Below, piece after piece: positions 18,707 through 29,252 of a stretch of DNA of 64,000 nt (positions are counted from its first letter, which is position 1; every line of letters begins with the position of its first letter). The DNA comes from Candidatus Latescibacterota bacterium (GTDB lineage: Bacteria; Latescibacterota; CBDEFO01), in contig CBDEFO010000006.1 in the NCBI GenBank assembly GCA_965237525.1, positions 64,001-128,000 on the forward strand, read 5' to 3'. The position numbers were made by a program, and so were the translations under genes. Under the pieces are notes generated by a model. It searched no databases. It was not told where the DNA came from and saw only the letters and a program-made list of their open reading frames with translations.

Positions 18707-20611
18707 TCAGGGCAGACACGCGGATCTGCCGCTACTACAGTCTGATGATCTCCGGCAGACCACATCCATCGTGATCTCTGTGATCTCTTCTATTATCCTG
18801 GAGGATAGAACTTGAGCCTCTTGCTTAATCTTATAAAGATCACCCTCTTTTGCCCCCACTGCTGAAGGGGAATAGACGCTGATATAGTATTTGATTTTAG
18901 GCTCCGTGCCTGATGGCCTAGCCGCAAGGCTTGTCCTTCCGTCTTGGGAGAGATTGAAGATCAAAAGATTACCTGCTGGCTTTTCGATAGTTCGAAGTGT
19001 CCTCCCTGAGTCGGGATCGAAGGCTTTCCCGGTCAGATAGTCCCTGATCTGGCGTACCTTCAGTCTGGCAATCTTCTTGGGGGGATCACTGCGTAATCTT
19101 TTCATCACTTCCAAGATTAGATAGTTACCTTCTGCCCCCTCAAGGAAGATATTTTTCACTGCGTTTTCGTAATAACCGTATTTCGTGTAGATTTCATCCA
19201 AAAGTTGATGCGGGGTCCTGCCCTCTTTTTTCAACTGTGCGGTCAACTCCACCATCAGCATCGCCGCTACAGTTCCGTCCTTATCGCGAGCATACGTCCC
19301 CTTTAAGAATCCGATGCTCTCCTCCGTTCCGAAGATGAAGCGTCCAGGATCGTCAAGTTCCCTTATGACTTGGGCGATGTGTTTGAACCCCACAAGCAGA
19401 TTGCCCTCGACCTGGATTCCAAAACTTCTGGATATGTGCGAAATTAGCTCGGTCGTCACCAGGGTCTTGACTATCAGGCCATCTTTGCGAAGCTCGCCTG
19501 ATGCCTTTTGCTGACTCAGGATAAAATAGGTCAAAAGGGCGCCGATCTGGTTGCCGTCCAGTATCTTCCACTCATCTTTATGGGGTAGAATCGGGGCGGC
19601 TGACGCCATCCGGTCGGCGTCAGGATCGTTGGCAAGCACAATATCGGCCTTCCTGCTTTTGGCTTCCTCTATGGCAAATTCTAGAGACGATGGCTCTTCA
19701 GGGTTCGGCCTACTGTTAGCCACTCCCGAAAAGTCTCCGTCGGGGTCTGCCTGTTCGGAGACGATATAGAGGTCTTTGTCGTAGCCGAGGCGACGAAGCA
19801 CCGGCACGGTAGAAGTAATACCGACTCCGTTAAGAGGCGTATAGACTATACCCACATCGCCTTCGTGGGTAAGTGCCTCGTCCAAGACAGCCGACAGATA
19901 CTGCTGGTCAATATCATCTCCAAGCTGGCTTAAGAGCCCCCGTTCTTTAGCTTCCGAAATGCTGACGCGCTTAATCTCTCGGACATCTGACACCGCATCT
20001 ATGATCTTTTCCTCATGCGGTGGGACTATCTGCCCTCCGTCGGACCAGTAGACCTTAATTCCATTGTCCCTGGGAGGATTGTGAGACGCTGAGATTACGA
20101 TTCCGACGTCGGCGTGCAGTTCTCTGACTGCAAAAGACAGCTCGGGAGTCGAACGAAAGTCCGGAAAAAGATGGACAAAGATGCTGTTGGCGGTCAGCAC
20201 CTCTGCAACTATCAGGGCGAACTCTTTTGAATGGTGACGGACATCGTAGGCTATTACGGCCCTGTAGTGTTCGTCTCTTTTCTTTATCTTCAAGGAAAGT
20301 AGATAGTCAGAAAGTCCCTGGGCTGACTCGCCGATAGTCTGCGGATTGATGCGATTCGTCCCCACTCCCATGGGGCCCCGCCGCCCACCTGTCCCGAACG
20401 GGATGATCGTGTGGAAGCGGTCGTTCAGACCGGAGAACTGTTCCTCTTCGATCAAAAGACGCAGGTCATCGTCGTGGAACTCCAAAAATCTTCCGGACTC
20501 AAGCCAGTTCTTAAGATTTTCAAGCGCAACCGGCGTGAGTTCCTGAGCTTTAGGCGATTCAACAACTTTCCTTAGAAGATCTGCACCTTCCAGATCGCCA
20601 CTTTTCGACAT
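18707..20611 (-). CDS. Phospho-sugar mutase (PGM/PMM family)
   Basis: FGTGGRRG, ISASHNP, DPDADR, RPSGTEPKIK. Confidence 0.94.
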   Translation of the reverse strand: MSKSGDLEGADLLRKVVESPKAQELTPVALENLKNWLESGRFLEFHDDDLRLLIEEEQFSGLNDRFHTIIPFGTGGRRGPMGVGTNRINPQTIGESAQGLSDYLLSLKIKKRDEHYRAVIAYDVRHHSKEFALIVAEVLTANSIFVHLFPDFRSTPELSFAVRELHADVGIVISASHNPPRDNGIKVYWSDGGQIVPPHEEKIIDAVSDVREIKRVSISEAKERGLLSQLGDDIDQQYLSAVLDEALTHEGDVGIVYTPLNGVGITSTVPVLRRLGYDKDLYIVSEQADPDGDFSGVANSRPNPEEPSSLEFAIEEAKSRKADIVLANDPDADRMASAAPILPHKDEWKILDGNQIGALLTYFILSQQKASGELRKDGLIVKTLVTTELISHISRSFGIQVEGNLLVGFKHIAQVIRELDDPGRFIFGTEESIGFLKGTYARDKDGTVAAMLMVELTAQLKKEGRTPHQLLDEIYTKYGYYENAVKNIFLEGAEGNYLILEVMKRLRSDPPKKIARLKVRQIRDYLTGKAFDPDSGRTLRTIEKPAGNLLIFNLSQDGRTSLAARPSGTEPKIKYYISVYSPSAVGAKEGDLYKIKQEAQVLSSRIIEEITEITMDVVCRRSSDCSSGRSACLP

Positions 20612-20729
20612 CGTCCTGCCTTTCCTTTTTTGACCGACTCCTTAAGGATTTGAAGACCGAATATTGGGTCAACTTTAAAAATAGTCTCTTGTGGAGAGCA
20701 GAGCAAGTCCTTTTTGCAGAGAATAAACC

Positions 20730-20772
20730 AAAAAAGGGGCTGACCGGCGCGAATAACCGGTCAACCCCTTTC
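20730..20772 (-). terminator. Intrinsic terminator downstream of the CHRD gene
   Basis: AAGGGGCTGACCGG...CCGGTCAACCCCTT hairpin, followed by a T-run on the minus strand. Confidence 0.7.
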
Positions 20773-20794
20773 CGCTGCTCACTGTTGCACGAAC

Positions 20795-21694
20795 TTACTC
20801 AATAGAATCTTTGATTTTGCCCCACGTAGAAGGTTCTACTGCTGTATCCTCTATAGGGGTTGTGGCGAGGACTTGACCTCTGATTTCTCCCGGTGGGTTG
20901 TCACCTGTATGGATATTGACGTAGATATCGCCTGCCAGAAGTTCATCCACTAAAAGAGGCGCGGCATCTGTGCTGCTCCAGACCCCGGATATGGTGTTTC
21001 CAGAGATCTCACCCGCTGAAAAACCGCGGACGACGCCACCTGCCACACCCGCCGGAGCCATGTGGAAATGGGCGGCAGTTATTGGACCGCTCAGATCTGT
21101 GACAGTGATGCGGAACGTCAACTCTGTCTCATCGTCATTGAGCGTAAACGAGCCTGTCCCAGTCGGATTGAGGCCCTCAGGAATTGCAGGAGCAGGAACC
21201 GCCTGATCTACATCCACTATAGCTGTGAAGCCGATGCCTGTAGTGGCCAGGACCTGACCTCTGATTTCACCCGGTGGGTTGTCGCCCGTATGGATGTTGA
21301 CGTAGATATCACCTGCCAGAAGTTCAGCCACTAAAAGAGGGGCAGCGTCTGCGCTGCTCCAGACCCCGGATATGGTGTTTCCAGAGACCTCATCCGCTGA
21401 AAAGCCGCGGACGACGCCACCTGCCACACCCGCCGAAGCCATGTGGAAATGGCCGGCGGTCATTGGACCGCTCAGGTCTGTGACAGTGATGTGGAATGTC
21501 AACTCTGTCTCGTCGTCATTCAGCGTAAACGAGCCTGTTCCGGTCGGATTGAGGCCCTCAGGAATTTCAGGAGCGGGAATCTCCTGATCTACATCCACCA
21601 CGGCCGTAAAGTGAGTATGAGCATAGCCGATGCCTTGCAGCGATAATAGAGCACACATTACAGAAAACGACAAAACTGAAAATGTTTTTATCAT
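20795..21694 (-). CDS. Secreted protein with two near-identical CHRD domains and a C-terminal 'AVEPSTWGKIK' tail
   Basis: Signal peptide; two 127-aa repeats containing HFH and YVNIHT..NP.GEIRGQ. Confidence 0.88.
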   Translation of the reverse strand: MIKTFSVLSFSVMCALLSLQGIGYAHTHFTAVVDVDQEIPAPEIPEGLNPTGTGSFTLNDDETELTFHITVTDLSGPMTAGHFHMASAGVAGGVVRGFSADEVSGNTISGVWSSADAAPLLVAELLAGDIYVNIHTGDNPPGEIRGQVLATTGIGFTAIVDVDQAVPAPAIPEGLNPTGTGSFTLNDDETELTFRITVTDLSGPITAAHFHMAPAGVAGGVVRGFSAGEISGNTISGVWSSTDAAPLLVDELLAGDIYVNIHTGDNPPGEIRGQVLATTPIEDTAVEPSTWGKIKDSIE

Positions 21695-21849
21695 TACTTC
21701 ACTCCTTTCGTTTATCTCGTTCGACCGTTTGACATCTGTAGTTCTATGTACGTTCTTTCAGATCAGGTATAGACTTAATCACCTCCCCTCTGTCTGCCGC
21801 TGGTTACAGATCGTAGCTTACAGTGCATACCTTAAGAATGGTACATAGG

Positions 21850-21865
21850 TGCAAGTACAGTGCCA
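21850..21865 (-). promoter_or_regulatory. Sigma54 (-24/-12) promoter facing the CHRD gene
   Basis: Minus strand reads TGGCAC-TGTAC-TTGCA, matching TGGCAC-N5-TTGCW. Confidence 0.8.
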
Positions 21866-22048
21866 TAGAGCCGCCCATAGGAATAACCTATACGTAACAG
21901 TTGTATACTCAATGTGTTATTACCTGGAAAAGGTCACTAAAGATTGGTCTTCGATATGAAAGGGACTGTGGTCTTGGGTACACATATATTTCGAATAACG
22001 CTCAAGTATCCTTCCCAAAAATATCCCAAGAATATCCCAAGAAGATCA

Positions 22049-22077
22049 TTGACTGGGAAGACAATTAAGTGTATAAT
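22049..22077 (+). promoter_or_regulatory. Sigma70-type promoter for the activator gene
   Basis: TTGACT, 17 bp spacer, TATAAT. Confidence 0.65.
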
Positions 22078-22129
22078 AGTATATACAGTGTGTTCTAGAT
22101 TATACAACCTATGGATATGGAGGTCTTAT

Positions 22130-24070
22130 ATGCCCGTCTATGACATCGGATCTGCTGTGGGTGGGGTCTTCAGGGCTATCAAAGAGTATCAAGGGATAGA
22201 CGGTGTTAGTCTCTGTCTGTTTGACTCTTACGATGACGATATGATCGTGATTCTGCCGCGGTGGACCTCATGTGGCAGTGGACGCTCTACTTGTGCAAAG
22301 ATACTTAAAAGGATCGCGTCCCACGGAAATCCCGATGTTATTACCAAAAGGGTGCAAAGAATTGCCGAAGAGCTCTTCCCCGGGATAGAGGCTGTTGAGG
22401 TCGGTGTTCTTCCGCTTGTCTACGAAAATGGCCTCATCGGAACTCTTAATATAGCTTCCCTCAGGGAGAGCAAGATACAGAGGGAAAATCTGGAGAGTCT
22501 TGTGGAACATGCCGATCTTTTGGGCGATGTCCTGAGCGGTCGGGGATCCCTGGAAAGGAAACGCGACATTCAGCTTGATCTCATAAATCGTCTGGGCCGT
22601 CAGAATATCCTCAAGAAGCAACTTGAGGAATTCTTGGATATGGCTGTCGTCTCGATAAGAGAGAACCTGAACTATTACAACGTGTCTTTGTTTATGCTGG
22701 ATGAATCGGGAAAGAATCTGGTTTTGACGGCTCATGCGGGTTCCTACCGGGGCATCGTTAGAAGGGGGCACAGACAGAGCCTCGGGGTAGGAATGTTGGG
22801 ATGGACAGCAAGGAACGGGAAGACTCTGCTTGCAAACGATGTGAGCAAGGAACCTACATACGTGGTGGTCAACGGGCTCAAGACAGGCTCGGAAATCTGC
22901 GTGCCCGTGGTGGTGGACGAAAAGGTGATAGGGGTCTTAAACGTGGAAAGCGACAGAACAAGTGCATTCGATCAAGGTGACGTGAAGGCCCTGGAGACGC
23001 TCTCAGGCCAGTTGGCCGACGCCATAAAGATGCAGAAAAACCACAGGGACCTAAACCTTATTAAAAGGGAGCTCGGCGAAAGATACAACGTAGATAACAT
23101 CATAGGCACAAGTGAAGAGATGTTAAAGGTCTTAAACTTAGTAAAGGTGGTCTCTCAAAGCGATACGACCGTTATCATAAGGGGGGAGACCGGGACAGGC
23201 AAGAATCTGATAGCCAAGGCGATCCATTTAGGGAGCGACAGACACGACAGTCCATTCGTGTCCCTCAACTGCGCAGCTATTCCTGACTCCCTTTTTGAAA
23301 GCGAGCTATTCGGCCACGAAAAGGGCGCCTTCACAGGCGCCGATAGAAAAAGGATCGGAAAAATAAAGCTCACAGATGGGGGAACGCTCTTCTTGGATGA
23401 AGTAGGGGATATACCTTACCCTATGCAGATTAAACTCTTGAGGGTGATTGAAGAGAAGGTATTTACAAGGGTCGGAGGCGAAGATGAGATAAAGGCGGAC
23501 GTCAGGATAATCTCCGCCTCCAGCCTCCCTTTGGAAGAACTCGAAAGAGAGGGTTCCTTCAGAAAAGACCTCTATTTCAGACTTAATGTTGTGCCCATAC
23601 ATCTTCCTCCCTTAAGGGAAAGGATTGAGGATGTTCCTCTTCTGGCTTACCATTTCTTGACGAAGGCGTGTGGGAAGCTAAATAAGGATATACGGCATAT
23701 CGAACCGGACATCTTATCGGACATGGCGTCACACCAATGGCCAGGAAACGTAAGGGAGCTCGAGAATCTCATCGAGAGGGCTGTCTTGATGCAGAAGGGC
23801 TCTTCTTTGACTCATATTGAGATTCCGAGCCGGAAAACTCAGAAGATGGGGGGAATTGACACTGTCACGATAGATGACAGTCTTCCGTTGGATGAGGTGA
23901 AAGAGAGGGCAATTGCCGAGATCGAAGGAGAGTATCTGCGAAAGGTGCTTACCAGATGCAAGGGCAACATAAGCCTTGCCGCGAAGATGGCGGGCATGAA
24001 CAGGAGGACTATGTATAATAAGATGGAAAAGTATAACATAAGAAGGAGAGACTTCTTGGCATCCCCATAG
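22130..24070 (+). CDS. GAF-domain sigma54-dependent enhancer-binding protein with Fis-type HTH
   Basis: ATG at 22130 after GGAGG; GAF domain; GETGTGK, GAFTGA, LFLDEVG, WPGNVREL; C-terminal HTH. Confidence 0.93.
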   Translation: MPVYDIGSAVGGVFRAIKEYQGIDGVSLCLFDSYDDDMIVILPRWTSCGSGRSTCAKILKRIASHGNPDVITKRVQRIAEELFPGIEAVEVGVLPLVYENGLIGTLNIASLRESKIQRENLESLVEHADLLGDVLSGRGSLERKRDIQLDLINRLGRQNILKKQLEEFLDMAVVSIRENLNYYNVSLFMLDESGKNLVLTAHAGSYRGIVRRGHRQSLGVGMLGWTARNGKTLLANDVSKEPTYVVVNGLKTGSEICVPVVVDEKVIGVLNVESDRTSAFDQGDVKALETLSGQLADAIKMQKNHRDLNLIKRELGERYNVDNIIGTSEEMLKVLNLVKVVSQSDTTVIIRGETGTGKNLIAKAIHLGSDRHDSPFVSLNCAAIPDSLFESELFGHEKGAFTGADRKRIGKIKLTDGGTLFLDEVGDIPYPMQIKLLRVIEEKVFTRVGGEDEIKADVRIISASSLPLEELEREGSFRKDLYFRLNVVPIHLPPLRERIEDVPLLAYHFLTKACGKLNKDIRHIEPDILSDMASHQWPGNVRELENLIERAVLMQKGSSLTHIEIPSRKTQKMGGIDTVTIDDSLPLDEVKERAIAEIEGEYLRKVLTRCKGNISLAAKMAGMNRRTMYNKMEKYNIRRRDFLASP

Positions 24071-24079
24071 AACCCCTAA

Positions 24080-25433
24080 TTAGAGTTCCTCTTTACTCTC
24101 CGCAATGTCATCCAATGCTCTTCTTGCCTTGGTCCCAGGTGGGCCATCGGGATCAAGTTCGATGGCCTTCTCATACTTTTCGATTGCCTCATCGCTGTCC
24201 CCTTGGGAATGAGACACTTCACCCCAACTGTAATAAGCTGTGGCAAATTGTGGATCGAGTTCGATAGCCTGCTGAAACTTTTGAGTTGCCTCTTCGTGCT
24301 TCCCCTGTTTATACAGCGCAACGCCCCAGTTGTTGTATGTATCTACATATTTTGAGTCCAGATGGGCGGCCTTCTGAAACTTTTGAATTGCCCCCTGATA
24401 ATCCCCTTGATTGGCAAGGGCATTTCCCCAGTTGTTGTACGCATCTACATATCTGGGGTCCAGATCGGTGGCCTTCTTATACTTTTCAATTGCCCCCTCA
24501 TTATCCCCCCGGTCCTGCAGTGCAAGACCCCAGTTGTAGTATGCATGGGCATATTCTGGATCCAGTTCGATGGCCTTCTTAAACTTTTCAATTGCCCCAT
24601 TATTATCCCCCTGGTTGGCCAACGTACTGCCCCACTTGTAGTATGCAGAGGCATCTTTTGGATCCAGATCAGTACCCTGCTGAAACTTTTCAATTGCCTC
24701 CTCATTTTCACCCTGCTCGGACAATACATCGCCCCAGTTGTTGTATGCCTCGGCATATTGTGGGTCGACTTCGACAGTTTTCTTAAACTTGTCAATTGCC
24801 CCGTCATTATCCCCCTGGTTGGCCAACGCATTGCCCCAGTTATTATATGCAGGAGCAGATTTCGGATCAAGTTCGATGGCCTTCTTATACTTGTCAATTG
24901 CTTGTCCGTGTTTCCCCTGTTTGTTTAAGATTTGACCCCAGTTGTTATATGCAGGAGTAAAGTTTGCGTCAACTTGAATAGCCTTTCTATATTTGGCAAT
25001 TGCCTCTTTGACTTTGCCCTGTCTTTCTAATTCAAAGCCCAAGTCGTTAAGTGCCTGGGCAGATTTGGGGTTGCGTTTGATAACGCTTTTAAACTTGTCT
25101 AACGGCCCCTCGGGTTCTGTTTGTTCAACTAACTTGCCATTTGGGTTGAGTTCGGCATCTTTCTGAGACGTGCCAATCGTCCTATGCTGTTTTCTCAAGT
25201 AATACAACGCAATGCCCCAAATGAGAACAAATAATACGATGACAAATACTATAACTCCCGTATTAAGTATCTTTTCGAGAAGGATGTCCCAACCGGTATC
25301 TCCCTCTTCCTCAAGTTGTTCAGGTACCTCGAGAGGGTTCTGTCAGTAGAGTGTCTCCCTCGGACTGTACAAGGGCGACAGAGGCTGATAGAGCCACGAG
25401 ACACATAGTAGTTATAAGCTTAAGGATAACCAT
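24080..25433 (-). pseudogene. Membrane-anchored TPR protein, frameshifted near 25335 (TPR part 24080-25207 intact)
   Basis: About nine AYNNWG-type TPR repeats. A signal-like frame from ATG 25433 joins the TM-containing frame if one base is removed. Confidence 0.7.
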
Positions 25434-25888
25434 GAGTAGGAGGCCTAATTTATCCCATTTGCCTGACCGGATATTTTGGGTCTGTCTAGACATAAATAGA
25501 TCTTATTGTAGAGATACAGGCTTCGCCATTGCGTTTAAACATACGATAAAGATTTTGCCACCTTGCTCGGGTAGAGCTGGAAAAGAAGGTCAAGTTTTCC
25601 TCATTGAAAATAGTAACGTGCGACCTTTTGCGGTGAGTATCTATACCCATAAAAAGGTGTTTGCCTATCTGGGCTAAAGAGTTTTATTTTATCATGCTGA
25701 GCCACCTGGCGAGCAAGTCAACGGATAAGCGCCGATTCATTCCACCAGCAATTTACCCTTTCAAGCGCCGGTCCCAACTACTTCTTAAGATACTTACAGG
25801 CTCAACGCTGTTTGTTGATTATCCTCCTTAATTCCTACCAATCTACTATGCCCTTAATCGCAGGATCTCCGCTTTCAGAAAGATCTAA

Positions 25889-27407
25889 AAGCCTTGTGAA
25901 AAACCCTTAGATTCAGAAAGTAGTATAGAACAAGCATTGATAAAGCAGCTCCGATGTATTATATTATGTTATTGATAATATTATACATGGAGGAAACAAT
26001 GACCCCACAAAAGCAGGAACAGACAAATCCGATGTTTCACTATTTTCAGATGGAGGATTTAGTTCCCGAGGATCATATCCTTCGTCAGATTGATGAGGCA
26101 GTTGATTTTTCATTTGTACGAGACGTTGTATCAGATTGTTATTGCCCTGACAATGGCAGACCCGGTATTGATCCTGAATTAGTTGTTCGAATGATCCTTA
26201 TTGGCTATCTGTATAATTTGAGTGAGAATCGGCTCTGTCAGGAAGTGGGGATGCATGCGGCATATCGGTTGTTTTGTCATCAGACATTTGAGGATGCGGT
26301 TCCGGATAGGAGCACGATCAACAAGCTTCGCAATCACAAGTGGGCATCCAGTGGGTTGTTTGAACGGATAATGCGTCAGGTAGTCCAGTGTTGCATAGAT
26401 GTCGGTCTTGTGAGCGGTAAACACCTTAGTGTCGACGGCACTCAGATACAAGCTGATGCTTCAGTGAAAAGTATTGAGCCGATAGAACCCCCTGTTTCTC
26501 TTGATGATTATCTCAAGGGAATCGGTTTTGAAGGTGATAAGACAAAGGGTAGGTCCGGGCATCCTCAGGATAAAGACTTTCATGGTGAAAAGTGGACGAA
26601 CCAAACACACCGTTCGACTACAGACCCCGACGCGCGCTTACACAGCAAATCGAAGGGCAAAGGGGCTTTTCTCTCGTTTATGGGCCATGATCTGATCGAC
26701 ACAAAAAGCAGAGTAATCCTTGAGACTCAGGGCACGCAGGCGACAGGGACAGCAGAGCCCGAAAGTGCCCTTAAGATGGTAGATGACCTTGAAACATACA
26801 CCATGCCCAAAGACATTCAGACACTTAGTGCCGATACCGGTTACGGTTCTGGTAATTTTATCGCTGATGTGCTTGACCGGGGAATCATACCCCATATTCC
26901 TCTGCGAGCCGATGAGAGGATTGAACCGATTCCTACATGGAAAAACAAGACAAATTCAGCACATATTCAGGCCGAACGGGATAGAAAAGTGCGAGAGGCG
27001 AAAGCCAGAAATCATGCACGGTCTATCTCATTAACAGCTGACTACAAACTCTCCCGGAGACTCCGTAAACGCAGTGAACATATCTTTGCTGAAGCCAGGC
27101 AACAACACGGTATGGGACGAGCCCGTTATAGAGGACCAGCCTCACTGAATGAACAGTTGAATCTTGTTGCAACAGTACAGAATCTCAAGAGGCTTGTATC
27201 TTTCATAAGAAGGGGGAAAGCGTCTATGTGTGCCCTGTCTGTCAAAGACAGTGCATCCTGTTCTTCAAACAGCTCCTATTCCTTGCTGACCAGAACTCTG
27301 ATAAGACTATTTTGCTTATTCCACAGCAAAACGATACGATATGCTTCTCTTTGACCCATAATCGGCGCTTCAGACGCTGCCTGGGACATAACTATTTCAC
27401 AAGGCTT
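25889..27407 (+). mobile_element. IS1182/IS5-like insertion sequence, copy 1 (1519 bp)
   Basis: Inverted ends AAGCCTTGTGAAA / TTTCACAAGGCTT; CTAA direct repeats at 25885-25888 and 27408-27411. Confidence 0.92.
25999..27354 (+). CDS. IS1182-family DDE transposase
   Basis: VPEDHILRQID, GRPGIDP, VDGTQIQADAS, ADTGY, EHIFAEARQQHG; ATG after GGAGG. Confidence 0.92.
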   Translation: MTPQKQEQTNPMFHYFQMEDLVPEDHILRQIDEAVDFSFVRDVVSDCYCPDNGRPGIDPELVVRMILIGYLYNLSENRLCQEVGMHAAYRLFCHQTFEDAVPDRSTINKLRNHKWASSGLFERIMRQVVQCCIDVGLVSGKHLSVDGTQIQADASVKSIEPIEPPVSLDDYLKGIGFEGDKTKGRSGHPQDKDFHGEKWTNQTHRSTTDPDARLHSKSKGKGAFLSFMGHDLIDTKSRVILETQGTQATGTAEPESALKMVDDLETYTMPKDIQTLSADTGYGSGNFIADVLDRGIIPHIPLRADERIEPIPTWKNKTNSAHIQAERDRKVREAKARNHARSISLTADYKLSRRLRKRSEHIFAEARQQHGMGRARYRGPASLNEQLNLVATVQNLKRLVSFIRRGKASMCALSVKDSASCSSNSSYSLLTRTLIRLFCLFHSKTIRYASL

Positions 27408-29252
27408 CTAAAGTATATGGCTTATCTATTTCAGCGCCCTCGCTGTCAGTTATGATTCGAATCAGGGGTTCGTCGAATTTTTCCAGAGCATTCTCCAGCA
27501 CTACGGCTCTTTCTCCAGTCTTCAGCTCTACTATGCTCCCTACTGGGTACCTCGCAACCTTTGAAAGAAAGATTTCCACTATCCTCGGATCGAACTCCTC
27601 ATTTGACTTTGCCGCTATCAGGTTTAAGACCTTGTGCGGAGCCACTTTTGCCTTGTAGATTCTATTGGACGTCAGAGCGTCGTAGATGTCCACCAGTATT
27701 GTGATTCTTGAGAACTCATGGATATTATCACCTTTGAGGCCCTGCGGGTAACCATTCCCGTTCAGCTTTTCGTGGTGCTGAAGCGCCACAGACGTAACCA
27801 CAGGATCCAGACCCGACTTCTCCTGGAGCATGTTGTACCCGTTTAGTGGATGCTTTTTTACTTCCGCTAATTCTTCCTCGGTCAGTTTTCCGGGCTTATT
27901 CATGATCCCAACTGGGAATCATGATCTCCCCCAGGTCACGCAACAGCACGCCCATCCCAAGGGTCTTGAGACGATTTTCGTTGTACCCCATTCTCATAGC
28001 CACCAGAATGCTCAAGATGCACGTGTTCACAGAATGCTGATACGTATAATCATCGTAGGTTTTCACATCTACCAGATTAACTAAATCCGTACTACTCACT
28101 ATCAGGTCATTTACGATCTTGTCCACAGCCGCCTTCACTTTCCGCTTATCTATAGCTATAGCGGACTGGGAGTCAATTGCCTCTTGAGCCTGTAAAAATG
28201 TCTCCTTTATTGTTGAGGAAGCAAGGGCTCTGGCTTTTACCGAGACCACGTCGTGAACTTCCACATCTTCAAATCTTTTGTCGTATATATATATTGAAAG
28301 TATCCCCAAACTCTTCAGTCGCTCTATATAGCCTGACGTAAGTTCCACTCCGTGGGCTATAAGTATCTGACCGTCGGCCGAGTATATATTCTTTTCGACG
28401 ATGGATCCTGGAGAAACGCTATCTATGTTAATTACCCTCATTATAAACGACCTCGCTCTAGATTTTGAACACCTTTTTCAAGAATGTGTCCCAATTTTCC
28501 AGCAGATCCCAAATGTGGTTTTCAGGTTTAATCAAAAGTGGGAATCTGCGGCTACAGTTCTGCGGAAGGGATCGCCATCGAAGCGACCACAATATCCCAG
28601 CCGCGCATTGAGGAGTAGTCTAGCTTTCCTCGAGTAGAGTGTCATTTTCTTTATTTCGCCTATCTCTCTCCGTTCTTCTGTTCTTATCTGGACGTCTGTC
28701 CTGGATGCCCCCAGGAACGGCAGGATTAGGTGTTCTTCTGTCCACCTTTCTTCTAGTTCCTGATCTCTTTTTCTGCCCTGCCATCTCTCCTCCTTACGAC
28801 AAGAAATAGACTATTGTTACAGACTTTTGTTATAGTATTTATACATTATTGTACAAATGCTATAGAAAAAGATACAACGAAACAGACTGTACGTCAAGTC
28901 CTCTTTCACTTCTACTATCTGTGAATAGTGACGGTTGAATTTTCTGAGCATCTGTCGTACGCTGAGCGACCTTGAAGCCTTGAAGTAAGCTGCGTCAATC
29001 ACGTGGTGATTGAGGTCACAGGATGGAACGAACCAGAGGTCAGCTAGAACTTTTCCAGTTTGGCAAGAAGCGTAAGCTACATATTAAATATAACTAAACG
29101 CCGACATCCGTGCTGTGATGCACGTCACGGGATAAAATAAACCAAAGCAACACGTCGTCACACCCCTCATCCTCAAATTTAATCCAAAATATAGTATTTG
29201 TCAACTTTTTTCCCAAATCCTGCCCAAGCGCTTTTTTAACCTGCTGTATACC

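Larger units (their letters stand above)
25835..28441 (-). pseudogene. HD-GYP c-di-GMP phosphodiesterase pseudogene
   Basis: HSVN, HHEKLNGNGYP, DIYDALTSNRIYK. The HD is RD; frameshift at about 27915; IS copy 1 inserted near the 3' end. Confidence 0.82.

Noticed and set aside
28900..29170. c-di-GMP riboswitch upstream of the HD-GYP gene
   Set aside because: I could not find a convincing GEMM-I consensus by eye.
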